Source: a virus
Lineage: Duplodnaviria > Caudoviricetes
Length of the DNA: 63,935 nt
Direction: 5' to 3' (one strand)
Virus record (IMG/VR): IMGVR_UViG_3300036793_000016
Coordinates: 1-63,935 of that record
In this document: in pieces, positions 46,743 to 56,448 of the stretch
Position numbering within the stretch: the stretch's first letter is position 1
How the letters are laid out: every line of letters begins with the position of its first letter
Program-made: the position numbers and the translations under genes
Notes under the pieces: model-generated
Databases searched by the model: none
What the model saw: the letters and a program-made list of their open reading frames with translations, nothing else
Told to the model about the DNA's origin: nothing

Positions 46743-47170
46743 TGTCGAACGTCCTCTTCTACGACAAGTTCTTCAACGTCGACCGCACATACTGGGGCAG
46801 CTTCGAGGTCTGGCTGCTCACCTCGGCCTACACATTCAGCGCGACCCACACCTCGGCGACCTCAGACTTGCAACCGCACGAGGTGGCCGACTCGGGCTAC
46901 GCGCGCATCACCGGCTGTGATCTCCACAACGCCCTGACCGGTACGGGTCACGTTGGCGACTGGGTGCTGGCCAACAGCGGCGCCGATTCTGCCTTCGGCG
47001 CCTTCACCACCACCGACTGGGAGTTCATCGCCCTCGTGGGTGACGACGGCATGGGCGCCGGGACCGACATCCCGTACATGGTGATCGACGCTGGCTCGGC
47101 CCAGTCGCTGACTGCCGAGGCGCTCACCATCCCAAGCACGGTGCCGATCTTCACGATCACTGGGCCGTAG
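46742..47170 (+). CDS. Minor tail protein
   Basis: VWLLTSAY...EVADSGYARI. Confidence 0.6.
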   Translation: MSNVLFYDKFFNVDRTYWGSFEVWLLTSAYTFSATHTSATSDLQPHEVADSGYARITGCDLHNALTGTGHVGDWVLANSGADSAFGAFTTTDWEFIALVGDDGMGAGTDIPYMVIDAGSAQSLTAEALTIPSTVPIFTITGP

Positions 47171-47173
47171 CGC

Positions 47174-50100
47174 ATGGCCACTTTCTCCCCGATAGCGGAA
47201 AACCTCGCCCTCGGCCCAGGGACGATGACCTGGACGACGCCGGTCGGCCCGACCAAGCACACTCCGTCGCCTCCGGTCATCGACCGCGAGGGGATGCTGC
47301 TGCTGGACTTCGTGTTCGCCGCGCTCAATGGCTCCCTGGACGATGTGTCCGACACGATCGTCGTAGACGACGCCAGCCAGTTCCCGGTCAACGAGCTGCT
47401 GGTCAAGGCGCCGCTGTACCTGACTATCGAGTCTTCACTGGTTCACCCGCCGACCTTCGAGATTCTGAAACTGACGAGCGTCGATTTCGGAACGAACACT
47501 CTGACGGTCGAGCGCGGCGCTCAGGGCACCACGCCCCAGGCGCACGACGACAACACGTTGGTCAAGGGTGCCCTGACGGCAGAGATAGCGCGTCGACTTC
47601 GGGGCACCACGATGCAGCAGGGTCGCAGTGGCCCGCCCGAGCCCGACAGTGACATGTGGTCACTCGGCGACCGCTTCCTGGACACGTCGACTGGCACCTG
47701 GTTCCGCTTCGGCGGCAACAGCAACTTCTATCAGAACGACTTCCTGGTCGACGCCAACAACCTCGACGACACTCACTACCTGTCCTCGATCCAGTGTTTC
47801 CCGACCAGCGGCTCGGAGTTCAGCCGGTCCATGCTGCACTGGCGACCCCTCAAGGGCGCGTTCGGTTGCAAGCCGGGCCAGAACACCGCGTCGGTCAGGG
47901 CGCAGGACGGCTCGAACGTCGCTCTCACGATGCTCAACCTGGGCGATCCCGACTACTGGTCGTTCGACTCCAACATGACCGCAGCCACCGACAGCAGCGT
48001 CGAGGCTGGCTACTGGTTCGGCATGGACGCCCAGGGCGCCAACGGCTACTACCTCCAGTACGTGGTGGGCGAATACCCCAAGCTCTACCGGGTGCTGGCC
48101 ACTGACGGCGGCACACACACTCTCCTGCACACGTTCAACGAGAGCGCCGTTGTCGCATCGGCGGATGCCACCTTCATGGCCGTGGCGCGGACTCCTGCTG
48201 GGATGACGGTGTGGGTGCAGTGCGGCGCCGACGCGAGCAATAGCTTCTTCCGTTTCACTGACGTGACCCTCGATGCTGGCCCGCAAGGGTGCAACATGGG
48301 CTTCTACGCCAAGGGCGCCAACGCGATCACCGATGTCAACCTGCGCTGGACCTACGTGGAGCAGTGGGTCGCCGTCCGCGACCCGTGGCCTCGCAACACC
48401 AGCACCGTCTTCAACCTCCGTGACAACACTGGCACCGAGTACGACAGCACCACCTGGGATTTGCGTCAGATCAGCTCCTATGCACAGCAGTGGGAACAGC
48501 TCATCGGCGTGTGGGCGATCAAGGCGAACGCCTTCGCTACGCCCGATCCACAGATGCTCCAGTACGACTCGGGTGCGGTCGACGGCGTTGCGTTGGTCGG
48601 GGTGGATGTGGGCACCAAGGACTTCTCTGTCCAGGTGCAGTTTCGGCTGCCGGATGACACCACCGCCGACTGGGGTTTCTTCATCCGAGGCTCGGAAAAC
48701 GGCCAGAACGGGCTCTACCTGCGCTTCAAGGACGGCACCACATCGGTGTGGCCGATCCTTGACGGCGCGATTCCGCGCACGTCTCTCGGCTCGGTCGGCA
48801 GCCTTCCAGGAATCCAGGTCGGTCCCAGTCTCGCCTACCTCAATATCAGCCTCACGGGCAACATGCTCGTTGTCGGTGACATAGCGCCGGGCAACACCCC
48901 GATCGACAACTGGCTAGAGGTCGAGATTCCTCAGCCTTACCAGGACATCGGCGGCACCTTCTTCGGTTACATGTACCGCAACGACGCGGCCCAGACCGAC
49001 ACCAAGATCGGCCTCTACCAGTATTTCTGGCGAATGGACGACCATCCAATGGGATGGATTCCTGAGCCGCGCTACCGCAGGGATGGGGTCCAGCCCGACC
49101 TTGCCGCGCCACTGGGCAGCATCTACTTCGACCAGAGCAACGGCGACACCGGCACCGTCTTCATGTCGCTCGGCGACGAGTACCCCAACTGGAAGGCGAT
49201 CAGCGTCTCCTCGGGTTCGGGCGCTCCGACGATCCGGTCTCAAGGCGCCCAGTTGTACGTCGATGTCTCCACGCCCAAGCTCTACTTCTCAGCCGGTGGC
49301 GGCGGCTCCTGGGTCGAGGTCGCCAACGACGCAACCGGGGGCGGCGGCACCTACACCCCGGACTACCCGGTCTACCGAGGCGATGTCAACAACCCCAGCG
49401 GCGACCACCAAGCGTTCCCGTACGGCGTGGACCAGCGCGGCGACTTCGCCACGGCCAATGGTGGTCTGTTCGAGAGTGTCATTGCGCCCTTCGCAGGCCC
49501 GCCGATCCCTGATCCGAACAACTACCTCTACCTCGTGCGTGATCCGGAATCCAGCGGCGGCACCGAGAGCAACTGGGTGTTGATCGAGGATGCGACGCAG
49601 GACACCTCGACCGGCATCATCACGCTCACCCATGCGACGGACGACTCCGCTGGTGGGTTCCTTGCGACCAACGGCGGCGTCGCGTTCGATGAGCTGCACT
49701 TCTCGTTCACGATGGAGACCCACGGTGACGGCTTTGCGCTGACCTTCCTGCCAATCACCGGCACGGTGCCGAGCACGGCCACCCTTAGTCACACTGCTGA
49801 CGGCAACGGCGCGGGCGATGCATCGGCCAAGCCGCTGAGCGGCGTCACGATCAACTTCAACGACCGCACGGGCGACATCACCATGTGGGTCGATGAGGCA
49901 TCGACGAACTACTACATCGGCTCCTGGGCGACCGGCGCGGTGACGCCCGGCTCACACGACTGGGAAATCTACTTCACCCAGATTTATCAGTGGAGCGGGC
50001 ACGACTACCGCATCGACATCTGGTGCGATGGCGTGTACCTGCCGACCAACTACTTCTACACGAGCAACCGTTTCCCCAAGGCTGGCAACCTGTTGATCAG

Positions 50101-50518
50101 CTCGCTCACGCACGCCTCGGGCACCACGGCGGCGAACGTGATGAGCAACTTCCACTGGATTTACGCCAGCATGATGCGGCGCATTCTCGTGGATGCGAAC
50201 ATCCCACCCAAGCAGCCGCTGCACTTGCTCAATGGCTGGACCGACGCGAGCACCGCTGGTCTGCACCCGCCAGGAATCTTCTTCGAGAACGGGCGATTGA
50301 AGCTGCGCGGCAAGATCACCGGAGGCACCGGCAAGATCATCGACCTCGGCTTCTACGGCTACTACCCGGCTGTAGACACGGTGGCTATGGCCGTCTTCGA
50401 GACCAGCGGCACCAAGTCGGTGGGGGTGTTGGATATCGGGTCGAGTGCGGGCGTGACGCCCGTGGGTTCGCCGACCACGATCTACCTCGACGGCATCGAG
50501 TGGATACCGGCTGAGTAA
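47174..50518 (+). CDS. Large multidomain tail/receptor-binding protein
   Basis: 1114 aa; LTVERGAQGTTPQAH N-domain, several beta-sandwich/lectin-like regions, C-terminal LLNGW...YLDGIEW domain. Confidence 0.7.
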   Translation: MATFSPIAENLALGPGTMTWTTPVGPTKHTPSPPVIDREGMLLLDFVFAALNGSLDDVSDTIVVDDASQFPVNELLVKAPLYLTIESSLVHPPTFEILKLTSVDFGTNTLTVERGAQGTTPQAHDDNTLVKGALTAEIARRLRGTTMQQGRSGPPEPDSDMWSLGDRFLDTSTGTWFRFGGNSNFYQNDFLVDANNLDDTHYLSSIQCFPTSGSEFSRSMLHWRPLKGAFGCKPGQNTASVRAQDGSNVALTMLNLGDPDYWSFDSNMTAATDSSVEAGYWFGMDAQGANGYYLQYVVGEYPKLYRVLATDGGTHTLLHTFNESAVVASADATFMAVARTPAGMTVWVQCGADASNSFFRFTDVTLDAGPQGCNMGFYAKGANAITDVNLRWTYVEQWVAVRDPWPRNTSTVFNLRDNTGTEYDSTTWDLRQISSYAQQWEQLIGVWAIKANAFATPDPQMLQYDSGAVDGVALVGVDVGTKDFSVQVQFRLPDDTTADWGFFIRGSENGQNGLYLRFKDGTTSVWPILDGAIPRTSLGSVGSLPGIQVGPSLAYLNISLTGNMLVVGDIAPGNTPIDNWLEVEIPQPYQDIGGTFFGYMYRNDAAQTDTKIGLYQYFWRMDDHPMGWIPEPRYRRDGVQPDLAAPLGSIYFDQSNGDTGTVFMSLGDEYPNWKAISVSSGSGAPTIRSQGAQLYVDVSTPKLYFSAGGGGSWVEVANDATGGGGTYTPDYPVYRGDVNNPSGDHQAFPYGVDQRGDFATANGGLFESVIAPFAGPPIPDPNNYLYLVRDPESSGGTESNWVLIEDATQDTSTGIITLTHATDDSAGGFLATNGGVAFDELHFSFTMETHGDGFALTFLPITGTVPSTATLSHTADGNGAGDASAKPLSGVTINFNDRTGDITMWVDEASTNYYIGSWATGAVTPGSHDWEIYFTQIYQWSGHDYRIDIWCDGVYLPTNYFYTSNRFPKAGNLLISSLTHASGTTAANVMSNFHWIYASMMRRILVDANIPPKQPLHLLNGWTDASTAGLHPPGIFFENGRLKLRGKITGGTGKIIDLGFYGYYPAVDTVAMAVFETSGTKSVGVLDIGSSAGVTPVGSPTTIYLDGIEWIPAE

Positions 50519-51051
50519 TGGGCAACCTCCTCGGCGACTTCTTCACCGGCTCCACGATGGTCGGTGGCGACCCTGACACGCCCACCAACCCGTTCGCGGT
50601 CACCATCACGGGCAAGACCCGGTTCTCCGGACGCCTGCTCGTCACATCGGTGCAGCTCGGGGCGACCATCATCGGGCACACGGTCGTTACGGGAACGATC
50701 GTCCAGCTCGCACGGGACGAACTGACGGGCGTCATTATTGGCAAGACCGACTTCACCGGTACGGTGCTCTCTGGCGGTGCGCCGACTTTCGAGGGCGAGA
50801 TCGACGGGCACACCATCGTGACCGGCTCGTTGACGATCCCGGCCATCCCGCAACTCAGTGGCTCGATCGTGGGGAAGTCTCGGTTCATCAACCCAGGCTT
50901 CGCCACAGCCATGCAGGCCGACTTCTTTGGTGAGGTCGGTGCACAGGGAGAGCGCACCATGACGACGCATGGCGAAGTGCTCTCGGGAACTGGAGCGAAG
51001 TACCCGACCATCTATGAGGACGAGCGTCAGCCCGTCCCGCACTTCGTGTAG
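50518..51051 (+). CDS. Minor tail protein
   Basis: Repeated G.I.G.T..TG units. Confidence 0.6.
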   Translation: MGNLLGDFFTGSTMVGGDPDTPTNPFAVTITGKTRFSGRLLVTSVQLGATIIGHTVVTGTIVQLARDELTGVIIGKTDFTGTVLSGGAPTFEGEIDGHTIVTGSLTIPAIPQLSGSIVGKSRFINPGFATAMQADFFGEVGAQGERTMTTHGEVLSGTGAKYPTIYEDERQPVPHFV

Positions 51052-51062
51052 AGGATCAGACC

Positions 51063-52784
51063 ATGACCAGTGCCGTCACCCCGCAGAGCAACCACTTCGG
51101 GTTCACCCGCATCAACGCTGGCGAGGCGTTCAGCAAGAACGGCTGGGCGTTCTCGGATGCCGATCGGGTGAAGCTCGACGATCTGCTCTACGCGCTGAGC
51201 ACGCACAAGCACACAGGCGAGCCAGCACTGGGTGACCCGACCAACGCCCCGACCTTCGTGGCAGTTTCGACGGGCGGCCATTTGCCAGCAGCCACCACGT
51301 TCTACTACCGCGCTTCTTTCGTGGACGTGTTCGGACTGGAGACGGCGGCGAGCCCCGAGGGGTCAGTCTCGACGCCGAATCCGATCGGCCCGCCCTCGGC
51401 TCCCGCCGCCACGGTTGAGACGAGTGCGGGCACGATCACGCCGGGGGTGTACTCCTACCTGGTCACCTACTACGACCCGTACGGCGGTGAGACCACGCCG
51501 AGCCCGGTCAACAACGTCCAGGTGGCCACCGGCACGACCAACCGCATCCGGCTCGACTTCGGTGGCCTGCCGACCGGGGTGACCGGCATCCGGGTCTATC
51601 GCTCTCGTCCAGGACAGAGCCAGTTCTACTACCTGGGAACTTTGACGAGCGGCAGTTTCTACGACGACGGAAGCGCCGAGGACCAGACGGTCACCGTGCC
51701 GCGCGTCAACACGACCAACGCGGCCAACTCGATCGAGGTCACGATCCCGCTCGACTTCATCCCGCTCGGCTGCGTGGCGTGGCGCATCTACCGGGCCACC
51801 AGCTCGGGCGGCTATGACGGCAACTCGCTCGTGCACAACGTGGTCGAGGGCTTCACCGACGACTCGATCGTCCCGCGCACGACCTGGATCGACACCGGCG
51901 ACGTGCTGACCGCTGGGTTCCCGCAGAACAAGTCGGCAACCATCGGCGGTGGCGAGCACCTGGACCTGGGCGAGCTGAGCGGCACGCTGCCGTTGTCGGT
52001 CATCCCGAGGGGCACTCGCGTGCTCAACGTCTACAAGGCTGGGGTGGTGGCCGACGGCGACATCATCTCGGTGACCGAGAGCCCGACCGACATCAAGCCG
52101 GTGCGCCTGACCGCCTTCTTCAAGACGCCGCCAGACATGGGGACGACCGTCACTATCCACATCACGGGTGACGCGGCGACCCCGGCCTCGGTCGATCTGG
52201 TCTGCTACCCGCCAGGAGCGAGCCCGCTGGACCCGGATGGCTACTACCACATCGAGTGGCCGCTGGCCGAGGCGTTGTTGCGCTACTTCTCCGACACCGG
52301 CTACCTCACGGTGAGCAGTGGTGCCGACATCGGGCTCATCACCGACCAGGTGAGCGACACCGGCCAGTCGATGTTGCTGCACGTCAACGGGTCGTGGGGC
52401 GAGCTGAATGTCGACACCCTGGACTTCGGCCACTACACGGCCTACGCCGCCTTGCGCACCAACGAGGGGACGACCAGCGCGAACGACGTGACCATCAGTG
52501 TGATCCGCCTGGACACGAACGCTGTTATCGCAACCCAGACCTACACTGTGACAAATGAGATTGGGTTCGCGGAACCTGCGGGCCTGGCGTTTATCGCGCC
52601 TGGGAACTGCCAAGTAGCAATCCGCGTCACGAAGTCCACGAGTGCGACCCAAACCTACGAGGTTGAGTATGTGCGGTACGCCACGACGGTTCCCCGTCTG
52701 GCCGCTGGGCTGCTCACCTTCGCCGCCGAAGTCAGTGGTGGGACCACTGCGGCTGCGGACGCCAACATCGCACTCTGGTTCTAG
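51063..52784 (+). CDS. Minor tail protein with Fn3-like repeats
   Basis: FYYRASFVD..GLET.ASP / YSYLVTYYD..GGETTPSP; IRVYRS / WRIYRA. Confidence 0.7.
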   Translation: MTSAVTPQSNHFGFTRINAGEAFSKNGWAFSDADRVKLDDLLYALSTHKHTGEPALGDPTNAPTFVAVSTGGHLPAATTFYYRASFVDVFGLETAASPEGSVSTPNPIGPPSAPAATVETSAGTITPGVYSYLVTYYDPYGGETTPSPVNNVQVATGTTNRIRLDFGGLPTGVTGIRVYRSRPGQSQFYYLGTLTSGSFYDDGSAEDQTVTVPRVNTTNAANSIEVTIPLDFIPLGCVAWRIYRATSSGGYDGNSLVHNVVEGFTDDSIVPRTTWIDTGDVLTAGFPQNKSATIGGGEHLDLGELSGTLPLSVIPRGTRVLNVYKAGVVADGDIISVTESPTDIKPVRLTAFFKTPPDMGTTVTIHITGDAATPASVDLVCYPPGASPLDPDGYYHIEWPLAEALLRYFSDTGYLTVSSGADIGLITDQVSDTGQSMLLHVNGSWGELNVDTLDFGHYTAYAALRTNEGTTSANDVTISVIRLDTNAVIATQTYTVTNEIGFAEPAGLAFIAPGNCQVAIRVTKSTSATQTYEVEYVRYATTVPRLAAGLLTFAAEVSGGTTAAADANIALWF

Positions 52785-52869
52785 CCTCTCACTCACGGTG
52801 TGTTCAGCGTCAAACTGAACGAACCGATGGCTCCTTTGTGACGCCCGCTGGGGTTATTTGAGGAGTTCC

Positions 52870-53163
52870 GTGAGTAAGCAAGAGCCCGAGAACAACGATC
52901 GGCTCATCCTGCTATTCCTGGGATCAGTCGCCATCGTCTGCATCATGGGCATCGTCGTGCTCGCGGCATTCAAGGTGGATGCCCAGCCTCTCGTGGCCAT
53001 CGCCTCGGCTGCCACCGGTGCCTTGGCCACCAAGATCACCGGGCGCAGTGGCGGCAACTACAACAACGACCAGGACGACGACTTCGCCATTCTCGGTCGA
53101 GCCGCCACCAAGAGCATCATCGCGGAAGCGATGCGACAGATGGGTGCAGGGGAAACACCATGA
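52870..53163 (+). CDS. Two-TM membrane protein, holin-like
   Basis: GAGGAG RBS, GTG 52870; two hydrophobic helices. Confidence 0.55.
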   Translation: MSKQEPENNDRLILLFLGSVAIVCIMGIVVLAAFKVDAQPLVAIASAATGALATKITGRSGGNYNNDQDDDFAILGRAATKSIIAEAMRQMGAGETP

Positions 53164-53984
53164 ACTGGAGTTGGCCCGTACTAGGGGACGCTCACTCGGC
53201 CAGTCTGTTCTGGGGTTGGGCGCAGGTGCTTCTTGCCATGCTCAACTTCACCATCCTGGGCGTGTTTTTCGGTTTCGACGTGTATCCATATCTGCGTAGA
53301 CGCCAGCCCAAGCCTGCGATGTTCGGCGTCTCCTTTGTGCTGATCTCGGTGACCAGTGGACTGCACGCCCTGTTCCGGGGCATCTACACGATCAACATGC
53401 AGCTCACTCCGACCGGGCCCAAGCCGTTGGACATCGCCTCCTTGATCGTGGCGTTCGGCCCGCTGCCGATCTTCGGCTACTGCCGACTGCGCAACCTGCG
53501 CGGCAAGCCCGACATCCTGATCGCCGGGACGCCGACCTGGGTCATCGTGATGGTCGGTGTGCTCTCGGCCTACACCGGCGCCTTCGTCATGCGCTTCATC
53601 GACGCGGTGCGCTTCACCCACACCAAGCTGCAATGGGCGCGTTTCGACTCGGACTACAACCTGATCCTCTGGGGTCTCTACCTCGTGATCGCAATCCTGT
53701 GGCTGCGCTTCCAGGTTCGCTCGCGCCGGACTTCGGGTAGTTGGAACCTATTGGGAGTATCCCTCGGTCTCACCTTCGTCACTATGAGTTTCCACCGCCT
53801 GGGACAGGCGATTGAGGTTTCAGCCGGGGCCTACAAGGTCCGAGATAACTTCGAGACAACGTATTTCTGGATCGACATCGCGTCCATCGCTGCCACGGTG
53901 TTGTTCCTTGGAGTCGCAATGTCACTCATGAGCCAGGGCTCCGGCTCAGGCGCTGGCCAACCGGTCAAGGCGTCCGTGGAGTGA
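53160..53984 (+). CDS. Polytopic (~7 TM) membrane protein
   Basis: Seven hydrophobic segments; internal two-fold similarity. Confidence 0.7.
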   Translation: MNWSWPVLGDAHSASLFWGWAQVLLAMLNFTILGVFFGFDVYPYLRRRQPKPAMFGVSFVLISVTSGLHALFRGIYTINMQLTPTGPKPLDIASLIVAFGPLPIFGYCRLRNLRGKPDILIAGTPTWVIVMVGVLSAYTGAFVMRFIDAVRFTHTKLQWARFDSDYNLILWGLYLVIAILWLRFQVRSRRTSGSWNLLGVSLGLTFVTMSFHRLGQAIEVSAGAYKVRDNFETTYFWIDIASIAATVLFLGVAMSLMSQGSGSGAGQPVKASVE

Positions 53985-53999
53985 GGGAAATGAGATGTC

Positions 54000-54233
54000 A
54001 TGGCCGAAGGGTTGCGCATCGTCAGCGACGGCACCCGTGAGGGGACGCACGTCTTCCTCGACGACGCCGAGGTTCACGACGTTACGGCGGTGACCTGGAA
54101 CTTCTCGCCGAAGGCACGCAAGACGACCGTCACGCTGGAGATCAGCAACGTCGGCATGGACTCCCTCACTCACGCGAGTCCGGACCTTCGAGATCAGGTC
54201 ACTGCGATGATGGAGCACGCTACACCGCACTGA
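54000..54233 (+). CDS. Hypothetical protein
   Basis: 77 aa, LRIVSDGTREGTHV. Confidence 0.6.
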   Translation: MAEGLRIVSDGTREGTHVFLDDAEVHDVTAVTWNFSPKARKTTVTLEISNVGMDSLTHASPDLRDQVTAMMEHATPH

Positions 54234-54255
54234 TCGGTTTGCCGAAGAGAGAGTC

Positions 54256-54723
54256 ATGCAAACTGCCAACCTCGCGTTCAGCACGGCGGGCGTGATTTCG
54301 CTGCTCGTCGGTTTCGTCTTGCCGATCCTCGTCGGCTACTTCACCAAGGCGTCTCTCAACCCTGGACTCAAGGCTGCGATCCTCGCCGCCACTGCCGGTC
54401 TGTCCGGTGTGCTGACCCAGTGGCTCGACGCGATCAACAACAACCAGCACTTCGCGTGGCAGGCCGCAGTGCTCAGTGCCGTGGCCACATGGATCACCGC
54501 CGAGGCGAGCTATCTGCGAATCTGGAAGCCCTCGGGCGTGAGCGATGTTGTGCAGGCCGCTGGCCCGATCGCCGATCCTCCGACCACCACCACGGCCAAG
54601 CACGCGGCCACCGATTCCGTCACCCAGGAACAGATCGACACTGGCCCGAGCTACAAGCCCGCACCGGACCCCGCTCCCCCTGTGCCCACAGGCTCGTCCA
54701 CAGCGTCGACAACTACCGTCTGA
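54256..54723 (+). CDS. Holin
   Basis: LVGFVLPILVGYFTK...KAAILA...YLRIWKPSGV; three TM helices, actinophage holin pattern. Confidence 0.65.
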   Translation: MQTANLAFSTAGVISLLVGFVLPILVGYFTKASLNPGLKAAILAATAGLSGVLTQWLDAINNNQHFAWQAAVLSAVATWITAEASYLRIWKPSGVSDVVQAAGPIADPPTTTTAKHAATDSVTQEQIDTGPSYKPAPDPAPPVPTGSSTASTTTV

Positions 54724-54931
54724 TCGTCGACAGGCAGAGGAAACTCTGTCCACAGCCTGCGAACAGACGAACGTCTGAATGACCTTCTAATCCGAACAAA
54801 ACTGGGGTTTGTGGCACCCCAAAATGGGTGCTAGCTTTCGAGCACCGCATCACGATTCCCTTGTGATTGTTCGGTTTCCCAAGGTCTAAGCCATCCACTT
54901 TTTTGTCAGTGGTCGGTGGGATGGTGGTCGA

Positions 54932-55741
54932 GTGCAGTTTCGACAATCGTCCATCAAGTTGTTCATGGAATGCGCACTGCGCTATCGGTTCCAAGCCGAG
55001 GGCGCGGAGCGCGAACAGAGCAGCGCGATGTCCTTCGGGACGGCCATTCACGATGCCGTGATGCAGATGGAGCTGGCCTACGACCCTCAGGTCGGAGTGG
55101 ACAGGTTCGAGGCGATCTGGAACGACCTGCCCGCCTTCGACCTGGACTACAGCTACATCCTCCCGCGCAACTCGCACTCGGGTTACATGGACATGGGCCA
55201 CAAAATCCTTCGGGACTGGTGGGCACTCATCCAATGGGAGTCGGACGTTGTGCTCGCCCGCGAGTACGAGTTCGAGGTCGACATCGGCAATGGCAACACT
55301 CTCGCGGGGATCGCCGACAAGGTGGCTCTGCGACCACAGAAGGACGGCTCGTTCAGCGTCCTGATCAGCGACTACAAGACCGGCAGCAAACCGCCGACGC
55401 GGGAGTACCTGGCCCACGACGTGCAGTTCTCCGCCTACTGCTACGCGACGACGAAGCCCGAGTTTTGGACGAACATTCAAAACGGGGCACACATCTTCGG
55501 CGAGATGCAAGACGCTCCCCGCGAGGGCGAGTGGGTTCACCTGCGGCAGACCAAGCGCATCCCGGCTGGCTTCCGCTACCAGTACCACTACAACCGCTTG
55601 ATGTACGCGATCGAGCAGATCGAGGAGTCCGTTGCGATGGGCATCTTCGTTCCTGACCTGACCGGCGCCAAGTGTGAGTTCTGCGAGTACCGCAAGGTGT
55701 GCGGTCTCCCGTCCAGGACGGAGGAGGGCCTCGATGAGTGA
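54932..55741 (+). CDS. PD-(D/E)xK exonuclease (RecB/Cas4-like)
   Basis: C.LRY, FGTAIH, GIADKV, SDYKTG, QFSAY, CEFCEYRKVC (Fe-S staple pattern). Confidence 0.88.
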   Translation: MQFRQSSIKLFMECALRYRFQAEGAEREQSSAMSFGTAIHDAVMQMELAYDPQVGVDRFEAIWNDLPAFDLDYSYILPRNSHSGYMDMGHKILRDWWALIQWESDVVLAREYEFEVDIGNGNTLAGIADKVALRPQKDGSFSVLISDYKTGSKPPTREYLAHDVQFSAYCYATTKPEFWTNIQNGAHIFGEMQDAPREGEWVHLRQTKRIPAGFRYQYHYNRLMYAIEQIEESVAMGIFVPDLTGAKCEFCEYRKVCGLPSRTEEGLDE

Positions 55742-55961
55742 TGACCGCAAACCTCTCGATGGTCGGCAACAGAAGATAGTGACGTTCGTCAGTTTGTATA
55801 TCGAAGCTCATGGCTTCTCGCCCACCATCCGTGAGATCGGAGAGGGTTGTGGCATCAAGTCGACGAGCACCATCGCCGAGCAGCTCGTGATCCTGGAGGC
55901 GAGGGGCTACGTCACCCGAGGCATCCACGGATCGCAGCGAGCATTAGGGATCATCCCGTGA
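55734..55961 (+). CDS. LexA-type winged-helix DNA-binding protein (DNA-binding domain only)
   Basis: RQQKIVTFV..YIEAHGFSPTIREIGEGCGIKSTSTIAEQL..LE.RGYV.R. Confidence 0.85.
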   Translation: MSDDRKPLDGRQQKIVTFVSLYIEAHGFSPTIREIGEGCGIKSTSTIAEQLVILEARGYVTRGIHGSQRALGIIP

Positions 55962-56419
55962 CCGCGCCCACCTTGATCCGTCTCCTATGCGTGAAGTGCA
56001 AGACCTACTCTGGCACCCATCAGGACACCGAGCTGGTCAACGGCGTGCCCATCCTGGAGTGGTTCGTCAAGCAGCGGCAGGAGCTGTGCAAGAACTGCTG
56101 GACGCCGCCAATCATCGTTCAGCCAACACCGGGCTTCGTCACGATCCAAGACAAGTTCGAGGAGTTCCACCGCCTGAATCCCTGGGTGTACTGGGAGCTG
56201 GTGGTGCTCACTCGTGATCTTGTGCAGCGCGGCAAGCGGAAGATCGGTATCGGGATGTTGTTCGAGGTTCTGCGTTGGCAGTACATCCGCTCAACCATTG
56301 ATCCGTCGAGCGACTTCAAGCTGAACAACAACTACCGGAGTCGCTATGCGCGACTCATAGAAGCACAGGAACCGGACCTGGCTGGCAAGTTCGAGACCCG
56401 GCAGCTCCAGACCCCATAG
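55958..56419 (+). CDS. Conserved phage protein with N-terminal CxxC pairs
   Basis: CVKC...CKNC; FHRLNPWVY...FEVLRW...FKLNNNYRSRYAR. Confidence 0.75.
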   Translation: MTAPTLIRLLCVKCKTYSGTHQDTELVNGVPILEWFVKQRQELCKNCWTPPIIVQPTPGFVTIQDKFEEFHRLNPWVYWELVVLTRDLVQRGKRKIGIGMLFEVLRWQYIRSTIDPSSDFKLNNNYRSRYARLIEAQEPDLAGKFETRQLQTP

Positions 56420-56448
56420 GCCCCGACCGGCCAGAGAGAGAGACAGAG

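Noticed and set aside
54932-55741. Cas4 as evidence of a CRISPR system
   Set aside because: No array or other cas genes; it lies in a standard nuclease-Sak4-SSB recombination module.
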